This document shows positions 47,929-61,330 of a stretch of DNA of 64,000 nt, piece by piece. The DNA lies in the NCBI GenBank assembly GCA_964252035.1, contig OZ176200.1; one strand, written 5' to 3'. Within the stretch, counting starts at the first letter, position 1. Each line of letters opens with the position of its first letter. The DNA is from Podarcis erhardii (taxonomy: Eukaryota). Made by a program: the position numbers and the translations under genes. The notes under the pieces are model-generated. The model saw only the letters and a program-made list of their open reading frames with translations, was not told the DNA's origin and did not search any database.

Positions 47929-48535
47929 CCAAGGATGCAGTAGAAAACCAAGTATCACAAATTATCAATACACACCAATAACAACACTGATTTGGGGGGA
48001 AGCGGCACAAGGCCTGCTGCCCTTATCCCTACCCCCATTCAGGAAGAGGGCACAGGAGGTAACACAACAATTAGGGAGGATGAGCAAGACTGCCCTCCTG
48101 AGTCACTGCACACATGCTAGAGTCTTGAGTTGTTAGAATGTACCACGCTGGGGAATTCAGAGGACACACCAGCTGCAGGCAAAGTCTGATTATTAGGTGG
48201 CATTCACTGGCCCATAGTCTTTTGACTTGCGAGAGTCAATTACCCAACGTACAACGTTGGAATGGATCAATCAGCGCCCTCCAGGAGGATTGCAAGCTTA
48301 GTTAGGGTGGGTGGGTCTGTCATCTCATGAAAACTGTTTCCAGACACTGGAGACCCTGCTAATGGTGCTCTACCTGAATGAGCTTGAAATGAGAAGTTGA
48401 GCCGCCTTCTTTCAGCTTCTTGGGGGAATTGGACCCACACCTCATCTTGTTCCAGCCACAGAAATGGAGGGTTCATGCAGCCTCTCTCCAATCTGAAGAG
48501 CACACGGTTCCATACATTGCAGCCCACAAAGGTTC

Positions 48536-51500
48536 TCAGTAAGAGTCCAAGCTGCAGAAAATAGAGAGCGAAACATGAGGATCTTAGAAACAGCGACAGC
48601 AAATACCTCGGCCTTCTTACCCAATTTACAGTGGAACAGACTGAACACCTATTCCAAGGATGGGGAACCTGCAGCCCTCCAGATGTTGGAATCCAACTCC
48701 CACCATGGCCAATAGTCGGTGATGATTGAAGTTGTCTAGCAACATCTGGGGAGCCCATGTTCTATTCCATTGATTCCCCTGTTTGAAGAAATAAGCCAAC
48801 CAACATAAATATATGATAAGCCACCTGTGCAATTTAGCATTACATCATTGAGCCTGAATCAATCAGAAAAAGAACGTCAAACTTGCATGTTCTCCCACAA
48901 CAGCCAAGGAGGACTTCAGCAGGATTTTATGTTCTCTATTTAATTCTACTTTTAAAGAATCCTAGCTTAGCATTATGTCTGAACCAGGAATCCTGGTTTA
49001 AAACTCTGGTAAGTGCCATAATAAATCAACTTCACACTATGGGTTATGAATTTGGCTTCTTCAACTGATCAGAGTTACAGTATACCAATTTGCAGAGAGT
49101 ATAACAGAAAGGTTTGCATTCAACACAGCGCTAAGAAGAAAAAATTCTCCTTGTGCAATTGAACATTTTCCCCACCTGCATGCCCCTTAAATCTGCTCTG
49201 GGAATGGCATAGGGCACAGAAGTCCCACTGTACTAATATGAATCCTTGCACTAATGTGGATACTTGGTTGAATATTGTCCAGTCTTTGAGGGACATTAAA
49301 GGCTAAGCTAACACATTTATTACAGCTTAAGCCAGTCCATGAAAACTTATGCCATAACTAATTTGATGCTTTTTAATGTGCCACAGGACTTTTGTTGTTT
49401 TAAACCAGGATTCTTGGTTCCAACATGATGCTAAATGGGGATTTAAAAGTGAAAGGAAATCCTTCCAAGTCCTCCCAGCCATAAAGGAAGAGGATATGGG
49501 GACTCACACACGAGCCTGAAACTTCACTTAGCACTAAACCCAACATTACCAGTCAGTGTCTTAAGAAACAAAGTCTAATCAATGCACATAAAAAATATTT
49601 CCCTAAAATACCATAATGGTAGGCAAGTAAAGTACCTGGAGAAGGCAGCCAGAGTGAGAACACCCAGTAACAGCTCCACAGCATAGAAGAGGAGGAGGAT
49701 GGCATTAAGGATGGCCTCCAGCCGCAGAGCATAAGTCTGCAGCAGCAGATAATAGGCTGCCATCACTGCTGCTGGAAAGGTTAAAGCCAGACTGATAGCA
49801 AGTGGCACTTTCCGTTGACAGAGGTTCCCTTTTGAGCCTGCCATACACAGAAAATATGAAAAAGAAAATGCATAGACCTGTTCAGCATAAAAGCCACAAT
49901 ATTTGGAATCTGAGGGCACAAAATGAATAGTTCTACTTTTCAGGGATCAGTTCTCATTTAACTAAATAAGTTAAAAAATTGTCCAGTAGCACCTTTGAGA
50001 CCAACTAAGTTTGTTCTGGGTATAAGCTTTTGTGTGCATGCACACCTCTTCAGATACACTGAAACAGAAGTCACTAGACCTTTATATAATGGGAGGTGGG
50101 GTGGGGTATTTCTCGGAAGGGTAGTAGGAGATGGGTGATTGGCTCAATGGGTATGGTAAACCTGTTGACGACTGTGAACATTTTTTTAATTTTTTTTAAA
50201 ATATAATTTTTTAAAAAAAATATATTTATTTCAACTGCATCAGACCAACACAGCTATCTACCTGAATCAAGAATCATTTAACTGAGAATAAGGAATGGGA
50301 TTTTGCATTTAACATTTGTACCGTAGTTCATAAGCTAGTCTCAGGTCAGGAAGGACAGTCAGACTGGATGAATGGGATCTCATATTTCCACCCACATAAT
50401 GTTGTCTTGCCTCCTACCTACTCCCGAATTAGGGAATGTACCACAGAGCCCCTTTTTCAGCCTTTGGGCATCATTTCATTGGAGGCACCTATTCCAGTTC
50501 AGCAGAATAATTAGGAAGGCCTGGAATGATGGGAGTGAAGGCACTGTCAGCAATTTACACTCTGCTCAACTACTCTACTCTCAAACACCTTTGCTGTTGG
50601 AGAAGCAGAATTTATCAATGAGTGAACCACAACAACAACAATAATAAATTTTATTCATATCCTGCCCATCTGGCTGGGTTTCCCCAGGAGTCATCTTTTC
50701 AGGTCAAGTGCCATCGAAGATGCTCACAAAATGGCAGGTGAGTGCAATACTCGTAAGAACATTTTTATTGAATACTCACCAAAAAATATCCGGGTCACTT
50801 CAATCCCAAGATAGAGAAAAAGCATAATCAGGTCCAAAGCCAAATTGGCAGAGGGGTAGGGCAACAGGAGTCCTAAGTGGGTGCACAAATGGACATATGC
50901 ATTAAGAGAACAGCAAAGCAACAAACACTGGGACATGGATGGTTCTAAAAAAGGCTGTGAACTCTCAAGCAGCTAGGTGAGAAATAATTACACTATCCAC
51001 TTTGTTCTTTCACTTTCTTCAGGTGAGAGCCACAAGGTAAATGCGTAAAAAAAACCTTCTGCAGGCAACCCAAACACATCATCCCTTCAAAGTCTCACCT
51101 TTATAGACAAATATGAAAATCTCCAGCAGAAAATATGTTGCGTAATACCAGCCATTCAGGAACAGGAGAATCTCCAGAGGGGTGGAGGAGAGCTGGCGAT
51201 CTAGGGGGTGAAACCAGAACATGATTATCTATGGGGTACACATTTTGTGTTCCACTCTCACCTTCTCTCAAAGAGGAACAGTACAAACTTTCATGAGAGA
51301 CTATATAAGGGTTCATGTACAATTCATCTTGTCCCCCTGCTTTCCAGCTGAATCAGAGCCAATGGCAATTCTGGTTTTCCCAGGACTGCCATTTGTTCCA
51401 ATCCATCCCAAGGTGGGTTTTCGGAAATGAGCAGGGCAAAGGGTGTGAGTCAAGCAGAAACTGCTGCTAAGAAGCCAAGCAGCAATGAGAAGGTCTCAGT

Positions 51501-52255
51501 TCTGTTCTCAACTCAGTCAACAGAGACCGGTGCGAGGTGAAGATTGTCAAAATGGAAGCCCTGAGATGACAACAGCCATTAGGAGACGCCAATATTTGTA
51601 CTGGGCTGGACAAGGACAGAAAACACAAGCCCTGTGTGTAGCCACTCTCCATTTCGCCTTTCTTGTATTTGCACTGGACGTTGTGAGCTCAAAATTGGGA
51701 TGCTGCCTCACCAGCTTAGCGTGGAACCTCAGCACACGGTCTAACATACCTCAGGCAAAGGGAAACCAACCAGCAGCAGAGAATAAAAACCCTAACCCAC
51801 CGATCTGAACCCCTTGGAAGGGTCCAAAACCCCGTATTTGGGCAGCTTGATGCTAGGAGAGGGTTGCGAAGGGGCAGCCTCCCGCAGGACGTAGCGCCGA
51901 GTCTACCACCCTCCTCTGGCAGGATGGTTTTTCTGGGGGAGCTCAGCGCGAGGGTGAGCCAAGAGGGGGACCCGGGGGCCACTCTGCCTCCTTCCCCTTA
52001 GCTCCGGCTATTCCTCCCGCCTGGGGAGCGCTTGGCGGGATGCCGTCGGATCCCCGCCGTCGCTGCCGGGCTGCAGCCGGAGCCCGGTTCCCGTCCCTGC
52101 TGCAGGGCTCGGCGTGTCCTGGGCGGCGGGCCGGGCGAGCGGGGTGGGAATGAAGAAGAGCCGAGCCCTCCACGGGACCAGTCGCGGTCACGTGACCTCG
52201 CAGCCCCCAGGGCCCTAGAACGCTGCCGGGACCCCGACTTACTGCGAGGCGCCAT
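48536..52255 (-). CDS. TMEM216: Transmembrane protein 216 (ciliary transition zone, MKS2/JBTS2), complete, 141 aa
   Basis: Exons 52255-52243 (MAPR), 51200-51099 (NRQLSSTPLEILLFLNGWYYATYFLLEIFIFVYK), 50872-50780, 49837-49636 (GSKGNLCQRKVPL...LAAFS), 48551-48536 (SLDSY*). GT-AG, 426 nt; the last exon is the least certain. Confidence 0.93.
49965..50268. mobile_element. Penelope-like remnant in TMEM216 intron 3
   Basis: GTAGCACCTTTGAGACCAACTAAG...GTGTGCATGCACAC..CAGATAC, plus inverted CAGACCAACACAGCTATCTACCTG near 50240-50265. Confidence 0.65.
52187..52196. promoter_or_regulatory. Palindromic E-box/CLEAR-type GTCACGTGAC in TMEM216 intron 1
   Basis: GGTCACGTGACC 52186-52197 within the CpG island. 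Confidence 0.5.
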
Positions 52256-52260
52256 CTTCC

Positions 52261-52274
52261 ATCGCCATGGAAAC
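52261..52274. promoter_or_regulatory. RFX X-box in TMEM216 5' region
   Basis: GTTTCCATGGCGAT on the minus strand, 6 nt upstream of the ATG. Confidence 0.7.
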
Positions 52275-52565
52275 CGCTACGCAGGAAACCCACTTCCGGC
52301 GGGGCTCACGGCACGAAAGCGGGAGAGGGCGGAGTGGCGCGCAGCGTTCGCGGAGGCAGAAAGGTCTGGGTTGGCGAGGCGCGCGCTCGCTCCCTCGCTC
52401 CCAGCACGTTAGACCGAATGGAAGCAGAGCAGAGCCGCTCTATCCCTCGCCTCTTTGTGCCGGAAGACCCGTTAGAAAGGCAAAAAGCTCCATGCGATAC
52501 CGGATATCAGAGCCGCGTCTCTTTGGGGCGGAGGCCCAGATTCCGAGCGGGGACGGCGTCGCCTC

Positions 52566-52579
52566 GTCTCCATGGTAAC
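52566..52579. promoter_or_regulatory. Consensus RFX X-box between TMEM138 and TMEM216
   Basis: GTCTCCATGGTAAC, full 14-bp consensus match. Confidence 0.8.
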
Positions 52580-53875
52580 CCATGAATTCTACCCGCGCTT
52601 CCTCCGCGCGAGTTGTGGAGGCAGGAAATAAACACAAGGGCTCCGTTCTCCCGCCTTCTGACAAGGAGCGACACCTATTTCTTTGCTTGTTATGCAACGG
52701 CCCCGTTTTTCTTCTGCCCTTTCCTCACACGCACATTTTTATTTTAGATTTTACAAGCTTTTTTTCCCGGGAAGCGGGGACAACATACACGCACATCATA
52801 CAAAGCACCTCGGATTGCTCAGTTCACATGGCCCAAATGACACTTAGCTCGTATATATCCGAAAATCCACTCCCAAATCCAACACTTACCAAGTTACCCA
52901 GCATCATCTCCTGCCCTCGAAAGCTTTTTTATTATTCTGTCAAAGGCCCACAGCGTTCCACAGTTAATGCTACTGTTAGGAGTCTTGCCCCACATTTCAG
53001 AGTACAAGATTTCCTGGGTATTGCGCTTTAGGAACAAGCTTCTGTTTTCCCTCCCAGTTTATTTTTTCTGTGAATTTCATTATCTTACCCTAAACCACAC
53101 ACATGCCAGGCATAACATCCATTTGTTTCCTGTATTGAAATGTTGCTAAATTATATGGTTTATTTTTAATATCAATAGCACAACACAGAGAACTGCTGGT
53201 TAATAAATCAAGCCTTGGAATGAAGGAAACCCTTTTACTACCACACATTAGAGGAAAAACAATAAAGCAAGATCACCACGCTTTGGTTTCTGAAAAAGAG
53301 CCAATTTATTTTCTCACCATTTATAAAAATGCAAGTACAAAAGGGGAATCTAACAAGTCAATGAGAGTACATTTGCTCAGGCTGAATACTGCAAAGCCAA
53401 ACCATAGTCTTTATGCCTTGTCACACTGTCAGAGGTACTAGTGAAGGCAGGAATCCTTTTCTGTCACAGGGGAGCTTAGGGCAAGAAAATATTCTCAAGG
53501 AGGAAAATGCAGCATTGCTACTCAGTGGGAGTTGTCAGCCAAATCTGTTTGGCACTTCAGATCGTTCCTCAGTAAGGCTGCAGCCAAATCCAGAGTGCAG
53601 TTTGCTGAACTGAAAGGAGGATTGTGGAGTGCTTGGAGACTGAGAAGCAAACTGTAGCAAGCAGGGTATCCACAAAAGAGCAGTTCCATTGATGGGTAGC
53701 CTAATGTGCATGAATGTAGGAAAGGGATGAAGTCATTTGACCACATGAGATTTAGAACTTGACTGTAGGAGACAAATTGTAGCGGGAGGAGGGGAACTTG
53801 CTGCAAGATATTGGTAAAATCTCTGTGGACATTCTAGCAAGCTGGCCTCTGCTCCAAATGATCCAGAAGCAGCTG

Positions 53876-56800
53876 TCAACTGTGTGCTTGCGCAAACTCT
53901 TTCCGTAGCCAAAGAGAGTCCTGGTAGAAACGGGGATCTCCCAAGTGCACAGCCGTCCTCTTATAGAAGTAGTAGTACAGCACAGCCACTGCAACCAATC
54001 AGAAATAAGTCACAAGCCAGCAAGGTCAACACCTGTATCAACTTTACTAATTTTCTTACATTCAACTTCACCATTATCCCCCTAGCTACACTCCCCCTGC
54101 TCCCTGTCCCATCTGCTTTCTGTGGGGAAGCACAGATGCAACCAGCCTCATTGATAAATTTTAAAGCTTTGCTCCGAAGTCACGACACGGGGGAGAAAGG
54201 AAACAGCCTCGTACCCATTCTCTGGAAAACAAAAAGAGTCTGCAGCCCATCTGTCCACACAAAATAGTTGGAATTTTTCCAGCGAAGGTTCTGTGGGAAA
54301 GAAATGTATGAAACATTAAAGGCAGGAAATAGACTGTTCCTCCCAGAACAACACAAAACAATACCAACCATCCTTTCAGCCTTTCTTCAGCGCCCCATCT
54401 TCCTACCAAATTCCTTCAGAAACATGGCTCCCATTTTCCTACTCCCAATAATTATTTATATATTTGGGAAGCAGCAACATTCCTAACTCCTTCTCTTGAA
54501 AGTTCAGAGATTACTACAATCTCAGATAAACATTCTAGAAACTATGCAACAATCCAGGACAATTAAGAAGGCCTGTGGTATCCCATTGGTGTGTCCCCTT
54601 CCTTCATCCCACTCAAGAAAGCTTCCACATTTTTCCAAGTATAGTAAACCAGGACTTATGCAATTGTATCTATAAAAATATTTTCACAGATAAAATAAAA
54701 ACCAAAAGTTGATCCACATTAAAATTAGACACAATATTTGTTGAGCTTGTTGGAAAAAAAGAGTAATGATGTTAGTTCCACTACTAGAGAGTTTCCAAAA
54801 CTCATGTTCCCAGTCATAATAGGCTATTCCAATTCTTTATTAACAGTTAAGCAACCAGACACCACATGGAATGGATGCCAGCACTAGGAGCAGCTCAGGG
54901 AGCAAAGAAAGGTTAATCGGATCAGCAGATTTATACAGAACAACCAGACCTATTCTAGCTCTCAACAACTGATCACAGAAAATCCTCTTAAATCCTCCTG
55001 CCTCACCAAGCAAGGTTTAGGAAAGCAGTAGTATCCAACTTTCAAGCTAGATTGCTTCATCTAACTTCAAAGATGAGATATTAATTCCCTAAATATCAGA
55101 TGACAAGATACTAGGTCTTAACTACAATGTGTACCATTTTGTCCAGTGTATTCTAGGCAGGTTTACCATTTACAAATAATGGCATGCAATCTTAAAAGAA
55201 AGAGTAAAAAAAGAGATGGGGAATGAAAAGGAAAATAGGCACACTAAGTTATTCAAACTGGAAATGAGGTGAGATTGAAATAAATCTATTGTTAGCCTCC
55301 ATAAAGCCCTCACTCATCTAAAGAGAGCCAAATAAATCCATAGGGAGGTACTAGACTATTGAGGCTGTAGATATGAGAAGGTTTTTGCCTTCAATGCAGT
55401 GAATTCATATCAATGCAAGCACTGCTTTGGAATTTAAACATTCTAAGAAGCCAAGGGTGCTGTACCACGAACTTTTATGACTCTTTGGCAATATAGCCCA
55501 TCATCAATGGTAAGTCATTGCATGTCAATGACACCTGTTCATTGTAGTTGTTTGCTCCACTGAACAAAACTTGGACTGAATTGAAATATGTATCCTTCAG
55601 TTAGGCAGCTGGATAGCAAGACACACGAAGAACCAGAAATAAGGACCTCGTTTTTAAATCCAACATCTGTTGATATTTGAAAAGTAAATCACACAGATCA
55701 TTGCCTATTGCGACAACAGCAAAAATGCTGAGTGCTTACAATGGATCAGGGTGTCAAACAGAACATACAGTTTGATCAACCAAATATACTTCCTGGCCAC
55801 TGTTCCAAGACAACTTCTGCACAGCTTCCTGACGCTTCCAAATACCCTGGAAACCTACAAATCTTTTGTCCCAAATGCTTCTGTCCTCCTTCCCTTTAAT
55901 TACCCAAATTACAGTGACCTCTGTTAAACTTCACAAATCTGTCCAGGAAAAAAGGTGAATGATATAACAGTTATTAAAGCTCAAGATATGTGATATAGGA
56001 CAAATGCCCAGGCACACTGCCTAGAAGGACAAGACAAACCTAAGAGATAACTACAGAACCGAGCAAATAGAGCCAGAACAAAGAATACCGTATATTGCTC
56101 ATTCTATGAGATTTCAATGATCCAATCGGCTCACCCCAATCAAATAATAGCATAGCAAGATTCAATGGAATAATGGGCTGTGAACAATGCTGCAGCCAAG
56201 AAACTTACTTATACAGCCAATGATCAATAAATTAGAGAGGCCACCTTTATACAATATTACAAAATAATAGTAAGCATATGACATTTCAACCAGACTTCAC
56301 TAGGACTACACTAATGCCAGTACTGAGCAAATTAGTGAGTTACATTCCAATACTCCATTTGTGTCCATAGCTGCAGCTGCAAATCAGCATGGTAGTCATG
56401 TAGTCATGACAAAACTGCAGATAAAGTTTGGAAGTCTGTTATAAGAAACAAAAGATCATTTTTCTTGTTGGTTCTTTTGAAAAAGACATCAGCCTTCCTT
56501 ATTGTTGGGATTGTTTGTTTTTGCTTCTTAAAATAAGAAAGAGTTAAAAGATTAAGAAGAGATTCTGCTACAAGCATATTAAGCAGTGTAAAGGGATACA
56601 AAGCCTATATAGAGGTACCTCGGGTTAAGTACTTAATTCATTCCGGAGGTCTGTTCTTAACCTGAAATTGTTCTTAACCTGAAGCACCACTTTAACTAAT
56701 GGGGCCTCCTGCTGCCGCCGCGCCGCTGGAGCACGATTTCTGTTCTCATCCTGAAGCAAAGTTCTTAACCTGAGGTACTATTTCTGGGTTAGCAGAGTCT

Positions 56801-59800
56801 GTAACCTGAAGCGTATGTAACCTGAAGCGTATGTAACCTGAGGTACCACTGTACATTACATTGAAAAGATGTGAAGACAGCATGAAGGGGAAATGTTTTG
56901 GTGCATTAAGCAACAAGAGAAACCAGGAAATTGGAAATGCTATAAAGAATTAAGTACAATAAATTGTAAAGGGATTAAAGGGAAAATAAGGTTAGAACCT
57001 GTTAAGATAAATTATAGGACAAAGAATTGAGGAAGATGGAAAGGATTTGCTGAAACAATTAATTGAAGTGGGATACAAAAAAGTGAGGTGCGAGGAAGTC
57101 GCTGAAACAAGTTAAGGAAAGATAATAATATTGAAAGTATTGAATGTGTTTTTAATTGTTTTTCTTTTTGATTTGTTATATTTATGTAGTGTTATTGTTT
57201 TTGTGCTGTATTGTATTGTTTTGTTTTGTTGTGTTTGACTTTTTTCTTTTCTTTTTTTTGTAATTTCCAAATTCTTAATAAATATCATTTTAAAAAAAAA
57301 GAAAAAAGAAAAGAAAAGAGAGAAACCAGGAAATTGGGCGGTGGGGGGGATCTGAAGGCACAGCTTCCAAATCATAAGAAGTGCCAGTAAACAAAGTCAA
57401 GAAAATGTTAATAACCACTCAACTTACACATAATCACATGTACACAACAAGCTTGCCCTCAGTAAAAACCATAAGAGGGCAACTGTGATGCAGGATGCAA
57501 TACATTAACTTAGGGTGCTTTGTGTGATTTGCTATCAGATGAATACAGTATTAACAAAACGTACAATAGACCACTTAAATGAATTGCAAGGCCAATCATT
57601 TTTCATGGATCTCAGACACAGATATCTAAAAAGAATAAATTAATGTGAGCAGAAGTCAGTGTAACAAGATGTCCGAAGAAAACAAGAATAATGGAGCACA
57701 CTGTAAATTATGCTCATCAAGAACAAAATAAAAGTGTGCTTGTTCAAAAAGATCTTAGAAAAAGAAGTGATTGGTATGTATGCAAGAAGTCCAGGGTGTG
57801 ATGTTGAAGAACAAAGGACAGCTGAGAAAAACAGAACTGCCCAAAGGGGAAAACAAACACTGGTCAAAGAAGACTGTAAGGCCTCCTGTATCCAGCTAAC
57901 CATATCAATAGGAAATTCTAGCTGTATACTGACAAGATTCTGAAAGGTTGGAAGGTGAATTAGCATGCCAAGCCACAATAATATATTGCATTATAACAGC
58001 TGCAACAGCTAGGACCCCTTCCAGTTTATCCTGTTTCATCAGATGAGCTTTTAAATATCTTAACCGAAGGCAGCCCTCTTTAGGGAAGTTTTTAATGTCT
58101 AATGCTGTATTGTTTTTAATATTCAGTTGGAAGCCGCCCAGAGTGGCTGGGGAAACCCAGCCAGATGGGCAGGGTATAAATAATAAATTATTATTATTAT
58201 TATTATTAAATACTATTTGGTTTATCTAATCCAACTCCTTCCCAGGTCTTTATTCCAGGGAACTCCTCAGCCAGTTCAATGAGGCAGCTACTGTTCAACA
58301 AATTCTGCACACATTATTTATCACACAGAAGTTGGTACAAAAACCTGAGCTTCTTTTAAAAATATAATGGGTGTTGAAACAAATTTGGAAATCCACAGGT
58401 GGTGTTTGCAAGGGATTCCTAGGGTTCAATAGAGAGCACTTCTATCTTTTCCACAGCTACCTGTCCTAACCTAATCTGTTAGTTTCTTCTATTCATCCCT
58501 GTTCTTGCACAATATTTCTTCCATTTACCATACTGCTTTTTTGTTACATCCAGACCTCCATATTAAAAAAACTACACAGTGCAGAACCTGGGGGGAGCAT
58601 AAAATAAAGTTTGTTTCAACGTGTGTTTTCTTTGCTTGCACAATTACTCCTATATTCAGAATTTGGGCTTCCTTGATAACCAGTATAAGCAATCCTCTCC
58701 TGCCTTACCATGACCCAGATGTGGAAGGATATGCTCAAACCAAGGTATGTTGCTGACAAGACAATGGTCCCTTTAAATTTCTGGAACAGAAGATTAACCA
58801 GGCCAGCCTGGAAGACGAAGGTATTGAAGAACATGAGGAAGATGATGATGACATTGAAGAGGATGGCAATATCCTGAATGCTGTAAGACAGGCAAACATT
58901 TTAATGAGACAGAGATTGATAAATACCTTATACACAGAGGTGTACCTAGGTTCCCTTGCATCCTTGGCAAGGAGCTATATATCATCACACACACATCCTG
59001 GTCCCTTGCACAATTGCATTTCTCCACCAAAGCACCCACAGGAGCCTGCATGCTTTGCCTAGCCACCCATAATATTGAAAGAGCGGCCCGGCCCAGGGAG
59101 CACACGAACAGGCGAGCAAGTTCCTAGCCTCTCCAAGCCAGAGTGGAGAGGCACAATTTTTGTGCACACACTCCAGGCCTGCACCCTTGGCAGGGGCTCA
59201 CCTAACCAACTCCTAGGTATGCCCCTGCTTGTGGCTCTCCAAATACTACTGGACACCAGCTCCCCACCACCACCCATGGTCAGAGATAATGGGAGTTGTG
59301 GTCCAGCAACTTTTGGAGGGCCACAGACTCCCCACAACTGTGGCTAAAGCCTAGTACTTGGAGAACAAAAAGTACATTAACATAGCTGCAGAAGTTTTCA
59401 CTGTCCATGCTGCCAACTGAGACATTAGTCCACCAATTGCAGAGGAAAGGGAACCCCAAAACCCTTGCTAGAAGATTACAATGGAAATAATACCTGCTGC
59501 AGCTACCTCTATTTCCCCCCTGCTTATCACTCTTTCTCATAATCTGGGGGTAGAACTTTATGTAATGGCAATTGAGTTAATAGCTGCTAATACCCACAGA
59601 GAAAATATAGAATGAATAGATTATAATAGCACCACCCTTTTAAAAATATCATTCAACACAATATAGCCTATTAACTGCTGATGTTTCAGGAGTAGGGAAA
59701 GAATAATAATTTTCTTGGTATCTTTTATTCTACTTCATTGCTCCATTCGTCTCTTCTCTGACACTCTCTTCTTCCCATTTTCCTGAATGAGAGTGTCCCA

Positions 59801-60385
59801 AGAAGAGTAGAAACAAACAGAAAGGGCATTCCTGTGCATGTTTACTCAAAAAAGTTCCACTGTGTTCAATGTGGCAAATTCTCTGTAATCCTAAGCACAT
59901 TTACTATGGATCAAGTCCTCTTGTATACATAAAGGCTTAAGCTGCAATTCTATGCACACTTACACAACAGTAAGCATGACTGAAAACAATGGGACTTCCT
60001 TCAGAGTCCACATAATATATAAGATTGCACTGGTGCTCCTGAGTAGATATACTAACCATCTCCATTCCAAATCACTTACCGTACTCAAGCACTAGTCTAC
60101 AGTTCCATCCAAGGACCTGATGAGTAACCACATTTTTGATCCCTACAGCTTATTTAAGAGCTCATAGCACTGTTGAGCATCTTTTCAGAGACAAATGTAT
60201 ACAAGCCCTTTAAAAAAACCAGACAGTGACAAGCATCCACTGTTGTGCCATACTCACATGAAAAGCACAAGCTGGATGACGGGCGCCATGCGCAGCAGCT
60301 CTGAGAAGGAGTTGACAAAGAGGTCATAGAACAGCAGTAGGAACTGCAAGGAAAGCACCAGGCTATAGTTGCTGGTTTGGAGCAT
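53876..60385 (-). CDS. TMEM138: Transmembrane protein 138 (JBTS16), complete, 162 aa
   Basis: Exons 60385-60258 ([31 protein letters not shown]...), 58880-58709, 54290-54215 ([25 protein letters not shown]), 53988-53876 (...[14 protein letters not shown]). GT-AG, 489 nt; minus-strand AATAAA at 53159-53164; non-coding exon 1 donor at 61080/61079. Confidence 0.97.
56610..56851. mobile_element. Tc1/mariner MITE (uninterrupted relative of 12962-13332)
   Basis: TA-TAGAGGTACCTCGGG...GAGGTACCACTG-TA. Confidence 0.85.
56935..57318 (+). mobile_element. 5'-truncated LINE (L1-like) with A-rich tail
   Basis: 19-bp direct repeat AGAGAAACCAGGAAATTGG at 56916-56934 and 57319-57337; AATAAA then A-rich tail before the second copy. 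Confidence 0.75.
58060..58207 (+). mobile_element. LINE (L2-like) 3' end with (TTA)n tail
   Basis: GTTGGAAGCCGCCCAGAGTGGCTGGGGAAACCCAGCCAGATGGG...(TTA)n; reverse copies at 1-50 and ~50630-50690. Confidence 0.6.
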
Positions 60386-61097
60386 CTTCCTTGCCTCAGT
60401 GTCTGCATCCCAGATGAGAGGGACACCTCATGCTCCCGCAACAGACGGATACAAACTTTTCCCTCCAGCACAATCACTCATAGCTCCCTTTGGGCAGAGA
60501 CCTGAAACCTGCAGAAACACCAGGTGGGGGAAAGAGGGAGAATAAGGTGAACAGCACTTGCAATAATAGCGGGGAGGGGAAGGGCATCACAAATCTGGAG
60601 CATACCACACACAATCTAGCACTAGAGAGCAAAGATAAACCAGTCAGAAATACAAGCAATGAATAAGAATCCCTTTGTTGAAGTAAGCCGGTTGCACCGT
60701 TAACTGCTATTGCCTAACACTGTTCTTAACACTTTTCCGTGAACTAAGAACTTTACTCTTGCTGCCCCTCCGCGGCTTTTCTCCTATTTCTACACAGGGG
60801 AAAGCAAGGCACGAGGGTGGGTGGCGAGGGCTGACTGGCCACAGCCACCTCCAAGGGGCTGGAAAAGGCGCTTTTTCTTCCTGGGCAACACGGATGCAAG
60901 CGCCACAGACCTCATCTCCTTGGTCATCAAGATTTCGATCCGGGTACACGCGATCTCGTTCTGTGGGCTCCCAAGCGCCCTCGACCTCACACTCCCCGTG
61001 TTAAGTAACGGGGCACGACAGGTCGCGAAAGACAGGCCCGTCGCCGCTCCAGCTCGCGCTCTTTGCTCCCGGCCCTCACCTGGCGCGGCAGTTGCCC

Positions 61098-61111
61098 GTT
61101 CCCATGGAGAC
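61098..61111. promoter_or_regulatory. RFX X-box in TMEM138 first exon
   Basis: GTTCCCATGGAGAC. Confidence 0.75.
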
Positions 61112-61149
61112 GGCGCAGCCACTCAGGGGAGCGTAGGAGGCAGCCTGGA

Positions 61150-61330
61150 CGGAAGCCGCCGCGCTTGCGGTCACGGTCACAGAGTTGTAAATGACAGAGC
61201 GGACGGAGAATCGCGTGGCCCGGATAGGAAACTTCCGCCCTGCCTCTGGAAGCCATTTATAAAGTCTTCCACGGGGCGGAAGTGGATGCGTCTGGAAGAA
61301 ACCCGTGATTCTACAGCGGCTTAGAGGGGA
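61150..61330. promoter_or_regulatory. CpG-island promoter of TMEM138 (likely bidirectional)
   Basis: ETS/GABP cores ACTTCCG 61231-61237 and CGGAAGT 61277-61283; in human TMEM138 is head-to-head with CYB561A3. Confidence 0.65.
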
